Shown piece after piece: positions 38,822 through 51,259 of a DNA stretch of 64,000 nt. The stretch is taken from NCBI RefSeq assembly GCF_000143415.4, contig NW_003314391.1:311371-375370 (forward strand). The letters are read 5' to 3'. The notes beneath the pieces are model-generated. The model was not told where the DNA came from and made no database searches. It was given only the letters and a program-made list of their open reading frames with translations. Each line of letters begins with the position of its first letter. The stretch's first letter is position 1. The position numbers were made by a program, and so were the translations under genes. This DNA is from Selaginella moellendorffii. Taxonomy: Eukaryota > Plantae > Lycopodiophyta.

Positions 38822-39390
38822 GTCTGAGATGGACCCGAGTTGGAGTCCGAAGTGGAGTCCGAGATGGAGTCCGAGATGGAGTCCGAGGTGGAGTCCGAGG
38901 TGGAGTCCGAGGCGGACCCGAGATGGACCCGAGATGGAGTCCGAGGTGGAGTCCGAGGTGGACCCGAGATGGACCCGAAATGGAGTCCGAGATGGAGTCC
39001 GAGATGGAGTCCGAGATGGACCCGAGATGGACCCGAGATGGACCCGAGATGGGACCCGAGATGGACCCGAGACGGAGTCCGAGGCGGACCCGAGACGGAG
39101 TTCGAGGTGGAGTCCGAGATGGAGTCCGAGATGGACCCGAGATGGAGTCCGAGATAGAGTCCGAGTTGGAGTCCGAGATGGACCCGAGATGGAGTCCAAA
39201 GTCGAGACCGGGACCAAGACCGAGACCGGGACCGAGACCGAGACCGAGACTGAGATCGGGACCGAGACCGAGACTGAGACCGAGATCGGGACCGAGACCG
39301 AGACCGAGGCCGAGCCCAAGTCCAAGTCCGAGTCCGAGTCCGAGTCCGAGTCCAAGTCCGAGTCCGAGTCCGAGTTCGAGTCCGAGTCCG
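38822..39390. repeat. 12-bp (RTGGASYCCGAG) and 6-bp (CCGAGW) satellite in the 5' LTR of A
   Basis: Direct tandem array; source of the low-complexity ORFs in all six frames. Confidence 0.95.
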
Positions 39391-42300
39391 GAGCCTGAGA
39401 GGGTGAAAGCCCAAAGCGTTCGTCTCCCAGACCCTGGGGGGTTTGGTGAGCTCCAAAAGTATAGTAGGGGGAGGACTGCAGTGGAGCTAGTTTGGCCAGG
39501 AAAGGTCAGTTTGGCCCAGGAAGGCCGGACCCAGTGTTGGGTGATGAGCTGCCCATTGGGAAGTCCAAAACTAGAGTGAACATGGACTGACAAGCGGGGT
39601 AGCTTGGTGAAGTGTTCAAGAGCCGGCTCTAGTTCCCCCGGGAGATCGACTGGCCGATGCTCCCAGTCCAAGTGTGGGTGGCACTACCTACTTGGATACC
39701 AGGTGTGGCTCAACGGAACCTCGCTCTAAGCCCATGGTTAGAGCACCTAAAGGCGAGAGGTGGGGAGAGTACCTAGGTGGCTCGCATAAGGCCACGGTGT
39801 TCCGAAATGGTGTCCCAAAGTCCCAGACTGTGGAAAGGAAGAGGGGTAGCCCTTTGGTGGGGTGACCAAGGACACAGTCACACAGTGAGGAAGTCCTCGA
39901 GGATAGTGGGACTTAGTGGTCGGGCCGGTGGGCCTTGATCCAGTGGCAGTGTTGGCGAACACAGCCAAGGACAGAAAGGGACTTGGTGGGGACCAGAACA
40001 GAGATATTGGGGAAGGCTATTCCCCATGTCTGTAGGCATCCTAAGGAGGTTAAGGAGTGGATCTGGGATGATCCCTCATGGACGGATGACCCAGTCTTTG
40101 AGAGACGGGATTGGAATGCAGGTGGTGTTGGACCACCAGTGTGACCAAGGTAATTGGGCATGGCCTTAGCGTAACGGGCCGATACGTCGGTGGTACCTTG
40201 GGGTGTCGATCATGGGATCGGACACGTGGAGCACTTGGACCAAGTGCTAAGGTTGAGTGGCATGGATGCCATTCTCGGGGCTAGCAAGCCCCAAGTCCTG
40301 AGTTGGACTTATGGAGGTTGTGAATGAGACTCCTCCAAGTGGTCGGGGGTGTGGTTAAGTGACTAAAATAGAATGGAAAAATTAGTCGCTTACAACTTGG
40401 TATCGGAGCCGTTCCTTAGTCCGACTTTTATTGGTGCTAAAGTATATCACCATTGATGTTGGCATCGAAAGGTCCTAGGAGTGGGCCTATCCTTGAGGAG
40501 TAGCAGGTCGGGAAGACATGGCTCTCCATTACAGTTCCTGTGTGAACTTGTAGGTGAGGTGGTGGATAGAAAAGGGCCAATAATGGAACGACTTTGGGAT
40601 CTTGGGAACAGTATAAGGGTTTCCTCAGAGAGCTGAGGATGTGATCCAGATGAGCGTTTGATGCAGCAAACGAGCTAATGTAGTTGTGGTAAACAACTAT
40701 AGTTGGGATCACGAGAAAGATGCAGACTCCAAAACAATAAAGGAGTCACAAGATTACCCTTATATGGTTGAGGCTGGTACTCATAAATTTGAGTCCGGAA
40801 TTGTTGACCGTGGGAGGTCAAATACAAAAGAGGACACTAGTCCTTGAAATGGTAAGCAGGGCTACCTTTAATAAATGCTGGAACAACCCAAGGAGTTGGG
40901 GGGTGTACTTAGAGATGAGTTGGTATTCTCATCGCATGGACAAGTAGTCATAAGGGGCAAAGGTTGCCCCCAGAGAACAAAATCAAGTGTCAGAGTAACA
41001 CTTGTGAAAATAGTCCTTTTGAGTAGGACAGGAATGCAAGAAGTGTATTCCAGTGAGTTAGTGCCTCACAAGTAGGACCTTACGGGTCTGTGGATTAACC
41101 AAGTCCAAAACTGCTGGATGACTCAAGTAGAGTCAAGAGATGGTCCTAAAAGGACCGATGGAAGCATTTGGACTGAGGTGTGTTGTACCCCACAAAAGAT
41201 GGGGGGGGATCATAAGATCCAAGGATGAGAGCAAAGGGTATCTTATCGATGGCAAAATGTGCCATGTTAAAGTCGTGGGAAAGGTGTTCCCAAAAAGAAA
41301 ACAACTTTGACACAAAGTTGTGTGTGACCTCTATGATGCAGTGTTAACGGATGGTTGGCATGAGAAAGCGTGGTATTGGTCTTGGCAAAGACTTAGACAC
41401 AAAGAAGAAGTGTCATAGAGGTAGGCTCGTGGAGCCGATGGTGTGGAGACACCAAATGTGCCAAGGTGTGATACCTTGAGGCTATGTTGGTGGGTTCATG
41501 AGAACCCCTTGCCAAAGGAATCCCAATAGAAATGGGAATGACATAGCCTAAGCTGCAGAGCATGCAGTTGAAGTGTGGTGACCCAGATAATGATGGAGGT
41601 GTGGAAGTACCAGCAATGAGTTGTAGGACTTGACAACTACGAGGCAACTAAGCAAGAGGTGCCAAATAATTGGTTAAACGGGTAGAAGGTAGCTACCCAA
41701 GCCTTCTTAATGGCATAGGAAAGTTGGATATACCCTTATGGGGGATGAGTTGCTTATGTTGCGATATAGTAAGTCAATGTCATAAAAGGAAATACTCATT
41801 GTCAAGGAAGCCGTCATTGGGACACTCGAACACTCTAGAACACCAAGAGGTGGTGTTTGATGTCGTGAGGGCAGTAGATAAGGCCCAAGAGACTAAGTCC
41901 CTAGCGAACGATGGATAGTAGGTGCTATCCAAATGTCCAAGGTGGCGAGACAGGAGAAGACTGTCTACTCGAATTGGACAAAGCCAAAAATGGAATTTTG
42001 GCAAGGCTAGTGATAGGCATGCAAAGGCCCGTAAGCAACAACGTAATCCCGGTGTGTGGGATTATAGGGTGAGCATACCTGGGTTGAGGAACCACTCCCT
42101 AGGCTATCGGGTAGGTTCATCCCTAAGAATACTTGCTAAGGCATGATAGAAAGTGCAAAGCTATCCTCATGGTTTGGAGGAGAATGACCGAAGGAAAGGT
42201 GTGAAGCCAAAAGCAAGAAGTAAGGGGATAGAACCGAACCATAGGAATTGAAGGGCATAACCAAGGTTGGTTATGCTAGCTGGGAGTGGAGAATCATGTG

Positions 42301-44522
42301 GGGGCTCGAGGGTGTTACTGCTAGCAACCGTGATGCCATGGAGAGTCTAAAATATGGAATTGTCCATGTTAGACTATATGGTAATTGGAAAGCTTGCAAA
42401 AAGGGGGGCCTTAGCAAGCTAAGGGACAGAGTTCCTTCAAAGTTTCCAAAGAGGATTCTAGGTAGCGTAGTACCTAGAAAGGCCAAGCGTAAATGGTTCA
42501 AGGAACGCGCGAAATCAGAGTGGCGCAGCAAAAGCGTGGTCTTGAAGCTTGCCATGAGGCAAGGCTATCAAGGTTAGGGAAGTAGTTCCCGAGTGTTCAA
42601 AGAGAAGGCTTTGAACGAAAGTCGATGATTAAGGGCTTTCACGCTTGTAGGAACCATGTTACAGTGGTCGGAGGACTTGCCAAAGCGAGATTGGCAAGTC
42701 AAGGGAACAAATACCCTAGTTGAAGGTGATAACTTCAAAAAAGGGTGGGCCATGGGGCCAAGCATGGAGGAGTCAATGCATGATCACAGGCTTGTCAAGT
42801 GAGAAGACTTGGCAGTGGGGAGGAACTAGGTTCCTAAGCTGTGATCTATAGCGCGCTTTAAATATAAGTTGGTGCACCGGCGTGGGGAGTCACGCCAGGC
42901 ATCCGGTGTGATGCCGTCTGTAGATGCATATACGAAGGTTGGGTTCGAGTCCCGACCCTTTAGTGTTTGGGTTCGAGTCCCAAATCACTAGGGCGTGTGG
43001 AGAAGGGAGAAAAAGACAAACTCGAGGATTCAAGCTTAGGAAAGTAAACTTGAGAGGTTCAAGGTTAGGACTGTATTCCTAACCTTGATGTGAGCAGTAG
43101 CGACTATAAAAGTAGGACTTAGAATGTTTTTAGATGGATCCCTAATACAAAATATATTGCAATACATTGTCATTCTGCCTATCTCTTTGGCTTTTCACAG
43201 CAATGTCTTACTTACCCACCGCCTTCAAGGGATCAAAGGTGTGGGACTAGCACCTTCAAGCACTTGTTCACAGTCTCTACTTGGCTTGGCACAAGCAGAT
43301 AAGTGCACTCATTTCGTAGTGTAATTTTAGTTTTAGGGACTAAATTAGATTTGAAACTCCTAGGAAGATCTCGTGTGGACGTTTCCTCCCAGTTTAGAGA
43401 TTTCAGGAGTTTTCACTGGCGACCACGGTGGGATAGGCGAAGTGAAGAGCACCCAAAGAATGAAGATTGGCAGCCTTGGCTACAACTAGAAGACGAAGCT
43501 GAAGTCAAGAATCAAGGGAAAAATCGAAAAGAAACAAAAAGAAGAAAACAAAACGAAAAAGAAGAAAATCGACAAAATCCTAGAGCAAGAAGCATGGAAA
43601 TCATGCTAGAGACCAAACGTTTGAAGGCTACGATCATCTAGAGATCGCCCACTTCTCGAAAAGTCCAAGAATCTTCCATAACCGCCTCTTGGTGAGAGGT
43701 CAAAGACGAAGAATATTCTATGCATCAGAATATTTGAAGAATCTCCGACAAAAAAATCAGAGCAAACAAGTGCTAACAAGCATGAAAACATGAAGAATGA
43801 AAAAGCACGACTGCCCATTTGGAGACACAAGCTGTACAAGATACGAAGACTGCCTTTTGTGTGGTTTCAGAAATTGTGCAAAACCGTACAAGCAATGCTA
43901 TCCAAAATGGCGATGTGACACTTGCAAGCAAGCAAAAGCAAGACTCCGAATCAAGGATGAAAATGCCACAGCGGAGGAGAGTAGGAAACGAGAAGAAATA
44001 GCCCAAGAAAACGACACCAAAAAGAGAAACGATAGTTTAGAACAAGCAGCGAAACAAAGCTTTAGTTGCTTACAAAAACTTCAAGAAACAATTCTGCGAC
44101 TCTTCTACAAATTGTCTAGCAAATAGGAAGGATGCAAAAATGAGGAAATGTTGAAAGAAAAATATGTTTACTTCGATTTCTTTGCAACTCGAAGAACCCT
44201 GACTTAGGTGTATCGCGGACACCTCTTTCAACAAACGATTGTTGAATTTCTAGGCATACACAAACATGAAACTTTTCAACCATTAACGCTTGCTTTCAAT
44301 ACTGATTTGACGAGAGTCATAGCAGCAACAGAGTGTGGAATTTTTGAACCACAAGTTCGTTGGTTTGTGGACACTCTTAAATTTAGAGATTTCGAAGAGA
44401 ACGCGGAATTACTTTATCGGCTTCTTCAAAGTCCTCTCCGTGTAACGCTACCAACAAACACTCTTATCGAATTATATGCTATAGCATATTGGCACCGTTT
44501 AGGACAGACGAGAATAGCTGGA

Positions 44523-47500
44523 GAATTAAAGGACGCCCTGGATGACCTCAAGGACGACAAGATGCCAGGGGAGGACGGCATGCCACCAGCCTTCTACAAA
44601 CAAAACTGGGATTGGATCGGACCAGAAGTTCTCAAGATGTGGCAAGAAACCATGCGAGCTGGAAAGTGGCCAGAAGGAGCTACGGATGGGATCATTGCGC
44701 TGATACCAAAAAAAGGAGATATGTCCCACCTCAAGAACTGGAGGCCCATCTCTATGCTGAACACCATGTACAAGATCGTAGCAAAAGCCTTGGCATCACG
44801 CCTCAAGCCTCTACTCCCAGAAACGATCAAGGAGACGCAGAACGGGTTCGTGGAGGGTAGGCAAATCGTGGACAATCTCCTAACAGTGCTGCTGGCGCAA
44901 GAACACACCAAAGACATGGCAGAGCAGATTACAATCATTCTCCTGGACTTTGAAAAAGCTTACGACCGGGTGGATTGGAAAGTTCTCCAGGCCATAATGA
45001 TCAAGCAAGGAGTTCCTCTGCAGTTTGTGGAATGGACAGCATCCCTGTACCACTCGGCATCGAGCAGGGTTACGATCAATGGAACCATGGGACAGTCCTT
45101 CAAACTTGAAAGATCAGTCCGCCAAGGATGCCCCCTCGCACCATACCTGTTCCTGTTTGTTGCAGATGCTCTGGCCTACTACCTCGCCCGACCACAGGGT
45201 CCAAAAGGTATGCCCCTTCCAGGCTGCGGCGCCGCGCTTCAGGACATGAACCAAGCCTCAAAGGAGGACCTCCTATCCTCAGCCTTTGCAGACGACACAA
45301 GCCTGATCGTGGAGGGATCACCGGAGAACCTCTCAAGCGTCAAAAGGGACCTGGACTTTTTCAATGAGGCCATGGGATCGAGAATAAACTGGCACAAATC
45401 GGTAGGACTATGGCTCCCCCCCAGCAGACCTCCAACATGGGGCACGGAGCTGGGCTTCAAATGGCTGGACACGGAGGAGACCACCCGCTACCTTGGATTC
45501 CAAGTGGGACGCCAGTATGATCCAGAACCCCAGAACCAAAAAGCAGTAACAAAACTAAGGGATCAACTCAAGTTCTGGGCGAGCAGAAAACTATCGTTCT
45601 CAGCACGCTGCGTGGTGGCTAACAGCATCCTACTTGGAGCGATCTGGTTCCTGGCAGCATGCTGGAACATGGACAAGCGAACGATCCAGGAAATGAACCA
45701 ACTCATTCGAACCTATGTCTGGAAAGGCTCCTCCTGCGTGTCGCGTGGTGGAGCAAAGGTCAACTGGCGGTCAGTAACACTTCCGAAGCACGAAGGTGGC
45801 CTCAATATTATTGACATCGAAGAACAATGCAAGGCTCTTCTCTTCAAAATTTTCACAAGGATGCTCATGCCTGGCCACCAACCATGGAGAATACTGCTGC
45901 GAGCACAATTTTTGAAAGTCCTCCCGGACAGGAACGAGCACACCAGACAAAACTGGGCGCCAGACGAACAATGGCTCTTCTCAGACACCAAACTCAAAAT
46001 GACAAAGGCTCACACGTTCTCAGGAAAGCTGTTCAAGCTCTGGAGGCAATTCAAGTGCAAGCTGGAACGTAAACCACCTCGTACCAAAGAACAACTGGAC
46101 CGGCAGCCAATTTTCCTAAGCAAACTCTTCGCTGTCAACGGTAAAACGCTCGGAGCTTCAGAGGATCGTGGCCTGGACCAGACATGCAGAGACCTGCACA
46201 GAGCAGGGATGAGAACCTTCGCAGAGGCAGACACCATGATCCAGCCCAACCAGACGGCCCACAATCGCGACCGCATCAGTACTTTCTACGGATTAACCAT
46301 CTCAGAACACAGGATGCGTAAATTCCAGACAGCCTTTTTAGCAGCCAAACACGCATGCCTTGAACGACTAAACCTGCAAGAGGATCAACACCATCGTTGG
46401 TGGAAGCTGGACGAATCGATCGTATGCACCCTCCCCAACATGGCATCGGGACTAGTCTTCAAGGCAGGACAGGCTGGACGCTTGTACCCCATCGTTACCC
46501 CCGAGTACGAGGACCTCCCCGACATGAGTAGGGCCAAACCGATCAGAGTGATTCAAATGGAGAAAAAAACTGCCAACGTTGATCCACTGATCCCAAAAAA
46601 CCAATATGCCCGCCTCTACTGGTTCCGCCAACAAACCCTGGACGAACTCAAGTGGGATCCTGCAGAGTGGCATTGGAGGGGAACCACGTGCAAGGACTTC
46701 TTCCAGTACGAGACCAAGCTGGGCCGCAAGCTGATCAGGGTGCCAACTCGATCCTCCCTCATCCGGAAAGCAAAGGCCCAACAGATCCGTTCCAGGAACC
46801 ACTCACACTGCATCAACAAGATCTGGAAAGGGTGCTGGTCAGCTAAGAACCGCTACTTCATGTGGCTGGCCCAACAAGAACGTCTTCCCTCCCTGGTCGC
46901 CATACATCTTCCGAACACAGCCTGCAAGACCTGTGGCGCCACAGAAACACAGCGACACATCTTATGGGAATGTCCGGCAGCACAGGAAGTATGGGAAGGT
47001 GCAGCAGCGGTGCTCAAACAAACGTCAACCGGAGGAGCTGCAATCACATACGAATCAGCGCTCTGGGGTAGCTTCATCCAAGGAAAGACAAAGAATCCTG
47101 ATGCATGGAAGTGGAGACACAATGAGGCCCCACACTTTGATCAACTCAACCAAACTCGGACACACATTACGCACCTCCACCAGGAGCTCTTTGATGCGCT
47201 TCGGGGATGCACACTAGCAGAGATATGGAAGGCTCGCTGCGCCAGGCTGTTCCAGGACACGGACCCCTCGGCTCGAGCAACTATCTCAAAGGTTTGGTCC
47301 AGACTGATCGTCTCACTCGCGGCCCGCCTGGACACGCTGATCAAACGAGGCGAGGAAGGGAAGATAGCGAAGGAGAAGAAGCTGTGGCCGTTTTTTAGAG
47401 GAAGAAGCGAGGCTGGCGAAGAAGAATGGACGTGGAAGCCACCAATATGGATTTGGCAGCACATGTTCAGGAACGAAAGCACGTGTACCTCCCCGAGTCG

Positions 47501-47684
47501 ACAGAGTTCCACATCAGGAACTTCGGAAGCTTGTAGCTCAGACATCACGGACTCGAGTACCAGTTCTACTTCGTCCCCCTCGTCCCACCCCCCCTAAAAA
47601 TCTTGAAGAGCTCTTTCCCGGTTTCGAGCGTGTCGAAATCGGACTCTATGGTTTATAGAGGCTAAACTAAATAAAACCCCATTG
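44523..47684 (+). mobile_element. 5'-truncated L1/Tx1-type non-LTR retrotransposon (RT + C-terminal CCHC)
   Basis: Open frame to 47597: KMPGEDG, IIALIPKK, NWRPISML, YKIVAK, QNGFVEGR, LDFEKAYDRVDW, VRQGCPLAPYLF, FADD, RYLG, GGLNI, CKTC..ETQRHILWEC. APE endonuclease is absent. Structured 3' tail at 47610-47684. Confidence 0.93.
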
Positions 47685-47700
47685 ACAAAGTCGGACTAGA

Positions 47701-49337
47701 AAGTTTAGCGAGAAGAGGAGCGCCTTGAGAGTCGACTTTCGTGCTTGATCCAGAGTAGGAGTAGGACTAGGAGAGCAATAAGGACGATGCTGAGAGCAAG
47801 CCGTGCCTTGGTTTCACTGGATTTGCATGTTCCATGAGCGAGAAAGCGTCAAGAGTACTCTTTTAGTCACTGCAAGCTCTCCACATGGATTTCCCACGAT
47901 TCCTTTTCACGGCTGGAGAGAGCACATCCCCACGATCATTCTGAGTCCAAGAACAGGCGATTTGGAGCCAGGAATCAGGAGATCAAGGCGACCCTATCTC
48001 TGGTGGCGGCTAGGGTTATGGACGACCTAGGGATTGCGGCGGCGGCTGAACCACGTACCTTTTCACTGATTGCAACGGTGGGAAGATAGATCCTCCGAAG
48101 GAGCACACGCCAGCAAAACTTCGTGGCAATCCAACGGTTCACGAGCAAGATCCAAACGTTCAAATTTCGGAACATGGTTCAAGTTGGGGGCTTTGGAGTC
48201 CACGGTTGCTGGAACTTCTTCCAAGGACACTAGCTGCACAGAACCTCATCGGCAGCGTCCTTCCTTCCTCATTCACTTGGGGTTCGGAGTTTTGGGGTCC
48301 GGAGAGCCAAGCTCCACCTAAGGAGGGGACAACTCGCTTGGCGCCGGTACGGCTGCTCGTTTGAATATGCAAAGGACACTATTCTCCGACACGCACCGGG
48401 TCCTTCAAACTACGTGGCAGCACTTCCCTACCCTCCGATTGTACACCTAGTCCCAATCGGCAAAGGAACAACTTTCGACGGCACACTGAAGTCCCAATTT
48501 GTACGGTACAGCTGTGTTGGCTGATCCCTTTCTTGCCTTGGTTGTGGATCCACCATGATCAAGGCACTCGGAGCAACGCCATTTGATGCATGGGATGTTT
48601 CGAGGGGCACGGCTCGTGTCAGAAGCTGCATCAGGCTAGCTTGTTGGAGTACGGAAACGTAGCTTCAACCCGGATCCGAAAGGAGCGGCTCGCCTTTGGT
48701 TGTGATTCCAGATGGATAGCGCCAAGGGTACGGCTACACTGGTATGAGGCCGTGGGACTGGCGTGGCGGCACTACACTTGCACGGCCTGATGGGAGGCTG
48801 GAAACAGCAATCCCAGTTGGAGGGGATCAGTCACACAGCAGCGAGGAGAGGACTCCCAGGCAGCAGCAGCATCACCATTACCGGAGACGGCACACTCCTC
48901 CTCAGTTCACCGCACTGTGGGATCCAGGACAGTACATCTCCAGGGGCTTCTTATATCTCTGGAAAACTGTAGGCGTCATACAGATGGAGATCAAGCAAGG
49001 GCGGTGTACCTTCACTGATCTCACGATCGACTCAAGTCCTTCACATCTGTAGATGCAACCACATGGGAGAGATGAGGCTGGGGACCATGGATAAGGCGCG
49101 AAGTTCACCACCACTACGGATAGGGAGCACGCGTTTGCGGAGTGAGTGGCATGGCTTTGGGCAGCACAGAACCGGACACTAGTTCCTTGATCTGATCTGC
49201 ACAGAACCGAACCGCACTCTAGTTCTAGGGATCCTCCCCTCTTCTCAACCCCCCCATATGCTCTTTGCCAGTTTCGAGCATGTCGAAACTGGACCTCTAT
49301 GGTTTTTCAAGAGGATAAATATGAAAAGCCCCCATTG
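47701..49337 (+). mobile_element. Non-autonomous unit 1 sharing the LINE 3' tail
   Basis: Near-identical to 49367-51003 (period 1666). No long ORF. Ends in the hairpin tail plus CCCCATTG and is flanked by the rDNA-derived 16-17-mer. Confidence 0.85.
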
Positions 49338-49354
49338 ACAAAGTCGGACTAGAG

Positions 49355-51003
49355 GGAGAAAACCCTAAGTTTAGCGAGAAGAGGAGCGCCTTGAGAGTCG
49401 ACTTTCGTGCTTGATCCAGAGTAGGAGTAGGACTAGGAGAGCAATAAGGACGATGCTGAGAGCAAGCCGTGCCTTGGTTTCACTGGATTTGCATGTTCCA
49501 TGAGCGAGAAAGCGTCAAGAGTACTCTTTTAGTCACTGCGAGCTCTCCACATGGATTTCCCACGATTCCTTTTCACGGCTGGAGAGAGCACATCCCCACG
49601 ATCATTCTGAGTCCAAGAACAGGCGATTTGGAGCCAGGAATCAGGAGATCAAGGCGACCCTATCTCTGGTGGCGGCTAGGGTTATGGACGACCTGGGGAT
49701 TGCGGCGGCGGCTGAACCACGTACCTTTTCACTGATCGCAACGGTGGGAAGATAGATCCTCCGAAGGAGCACACGCCAGCAAAACTTCGTGGCAATCCAA
49801 CGGTTCACGAGCAAGATCCAAACGTTCAAATTTCGGAACATGGTTCAAGTTGGGGGCTTTGGAGTCCACGGTTGCTGGAACTTCTTCCAAGGACACTAGC
49901 TGCACAGAACCTCATCGGCAGCGTCCTTCCTTCCTCATTCACTTGGGGTTCGGAGTTTTGGGGTCCGGAGAGCCAAGCTCCACCTAAGGAGGGGACAACT
50001 CGCTTGGCGCCGTTACGGCTGCTCGTTTGAATATGCAAAGGACACTATTCTCCGACACGCACCGGGTCCTTCAAACTACGTGGCAGCACTTCCCTACCCT
50101 CCGATTGTACACCTAGTCCCAATCGGCAAAGGAACAACTTTCGACGGCACACTGAAGTCCCAATTTGTACGGTACAGCTGTGTTGGCTGATCCCTTTCTT
50201 GCCTTGGTTGTGGATCCACCATGATCAAGGCACTCGGAGCAACGCCATTTGATGTATGGGATGTTTCGAGGGGCACGGCTCGTGTCAGAAGCTGCATCAG
50301 GCTAGCTTGTTGGAGTACGGAAACGTAGCTTCAACCCGGATCCGAAAGGAGCGGCTCGCCTTTGGTTGTGATTCCAGATGGATAGCGCCAAGGGTACGGC
50401 TACACTGGTATGAGGCCGTGGGACTGGCGTGGCGGCACTACACTTGCACGGCCTGATGGGAGGCTGGAAACAGCAATCCCAGTTGGAGGGGATCAGTCAC
50501 ACAGCAGTGAGGAGAGGACTCCCAGGCAGCAGCAGCATCACCATTACCGGAGACGGCACACTCCTCCTCAGTTCACCGCACTGTGGGATCCAGGACAGTA
50601 CATCTCCAGGGGCTTCTTATATCTCTGGAAAACTGTAGGCGTCATACAGATGGAGATCAAGCAAGGGCGGTGTACCTTCACTGATCTCACGATCGACTCA
50701 AGTCCTTCACATCTGTAGATGCAACCACATGGGAGAGATGAGGCTGAGGACCATGGATAAGGCGCGAAGTTCACCACCAGTACGGATAGGGAGCACGCGT
50801 TTGCGGAGTGAGTGGCATGGCTTTGGGCAGCACAGAACCGGACACTAGTTCCTTGATCTGATCTGCACAGAACCGAACCGCACTCTAGTTCTAGGGATCC
50901 TCCCCTCTTCTCAACCCCCCCATATGCTCTTTGCCAGTTTCGAGCATGTCGAAACTGGACCTCTATGGTTTTTCAAGAGGATAAATATGAAAAGCCCCCA
51001 TTG
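49355..51003 (+). mobile_element. Non-autonomous unit 2 sharing the LINE 3' tail
   Basis: As unit 1 but with 12 extra 5' bases (GGAGAAAACCCT) that complete a telo-box. Directly abuts the 25S/28S rDNA. Confidence 0.85.
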
Positions 51004-51010
51004 ACAAAGT

Positions 51011-51050
<40 letters not shown>

Positions 51051-51055
51051 GATTC

Positions 51056-51107
<52 letters not shown>

Positions 51108-51108
51108 T

Positions 51109-51191
<83 letters not shown>

Positions 51192-51225
51192 ACCGTTTAC
51201 CCGCGCTTGGTTGAATTTCTTCACT

Positions 51226-51259
<34 letters not shown>

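Noticed and set aside
38608-39671. Long low-complexity ORFs in all frames (also 54639-55619)
   Set aside because: By-products of the stop-free satellite in the LTRs.
47685-47700. Hairpin plus CTAG as a Helitron 3' end
   Set aside because: The CTAG is part of the duplicated 28S target, and the adjacent protein is a LINE RT, not Rep/helicase.
47685-51020. Repeat-spacer pattern as CRISPR or rDNA intergenic subrepeats
   Set aside because: The spacers are 1.65 kb near-identical units and the repeat is internal 28S sequence.
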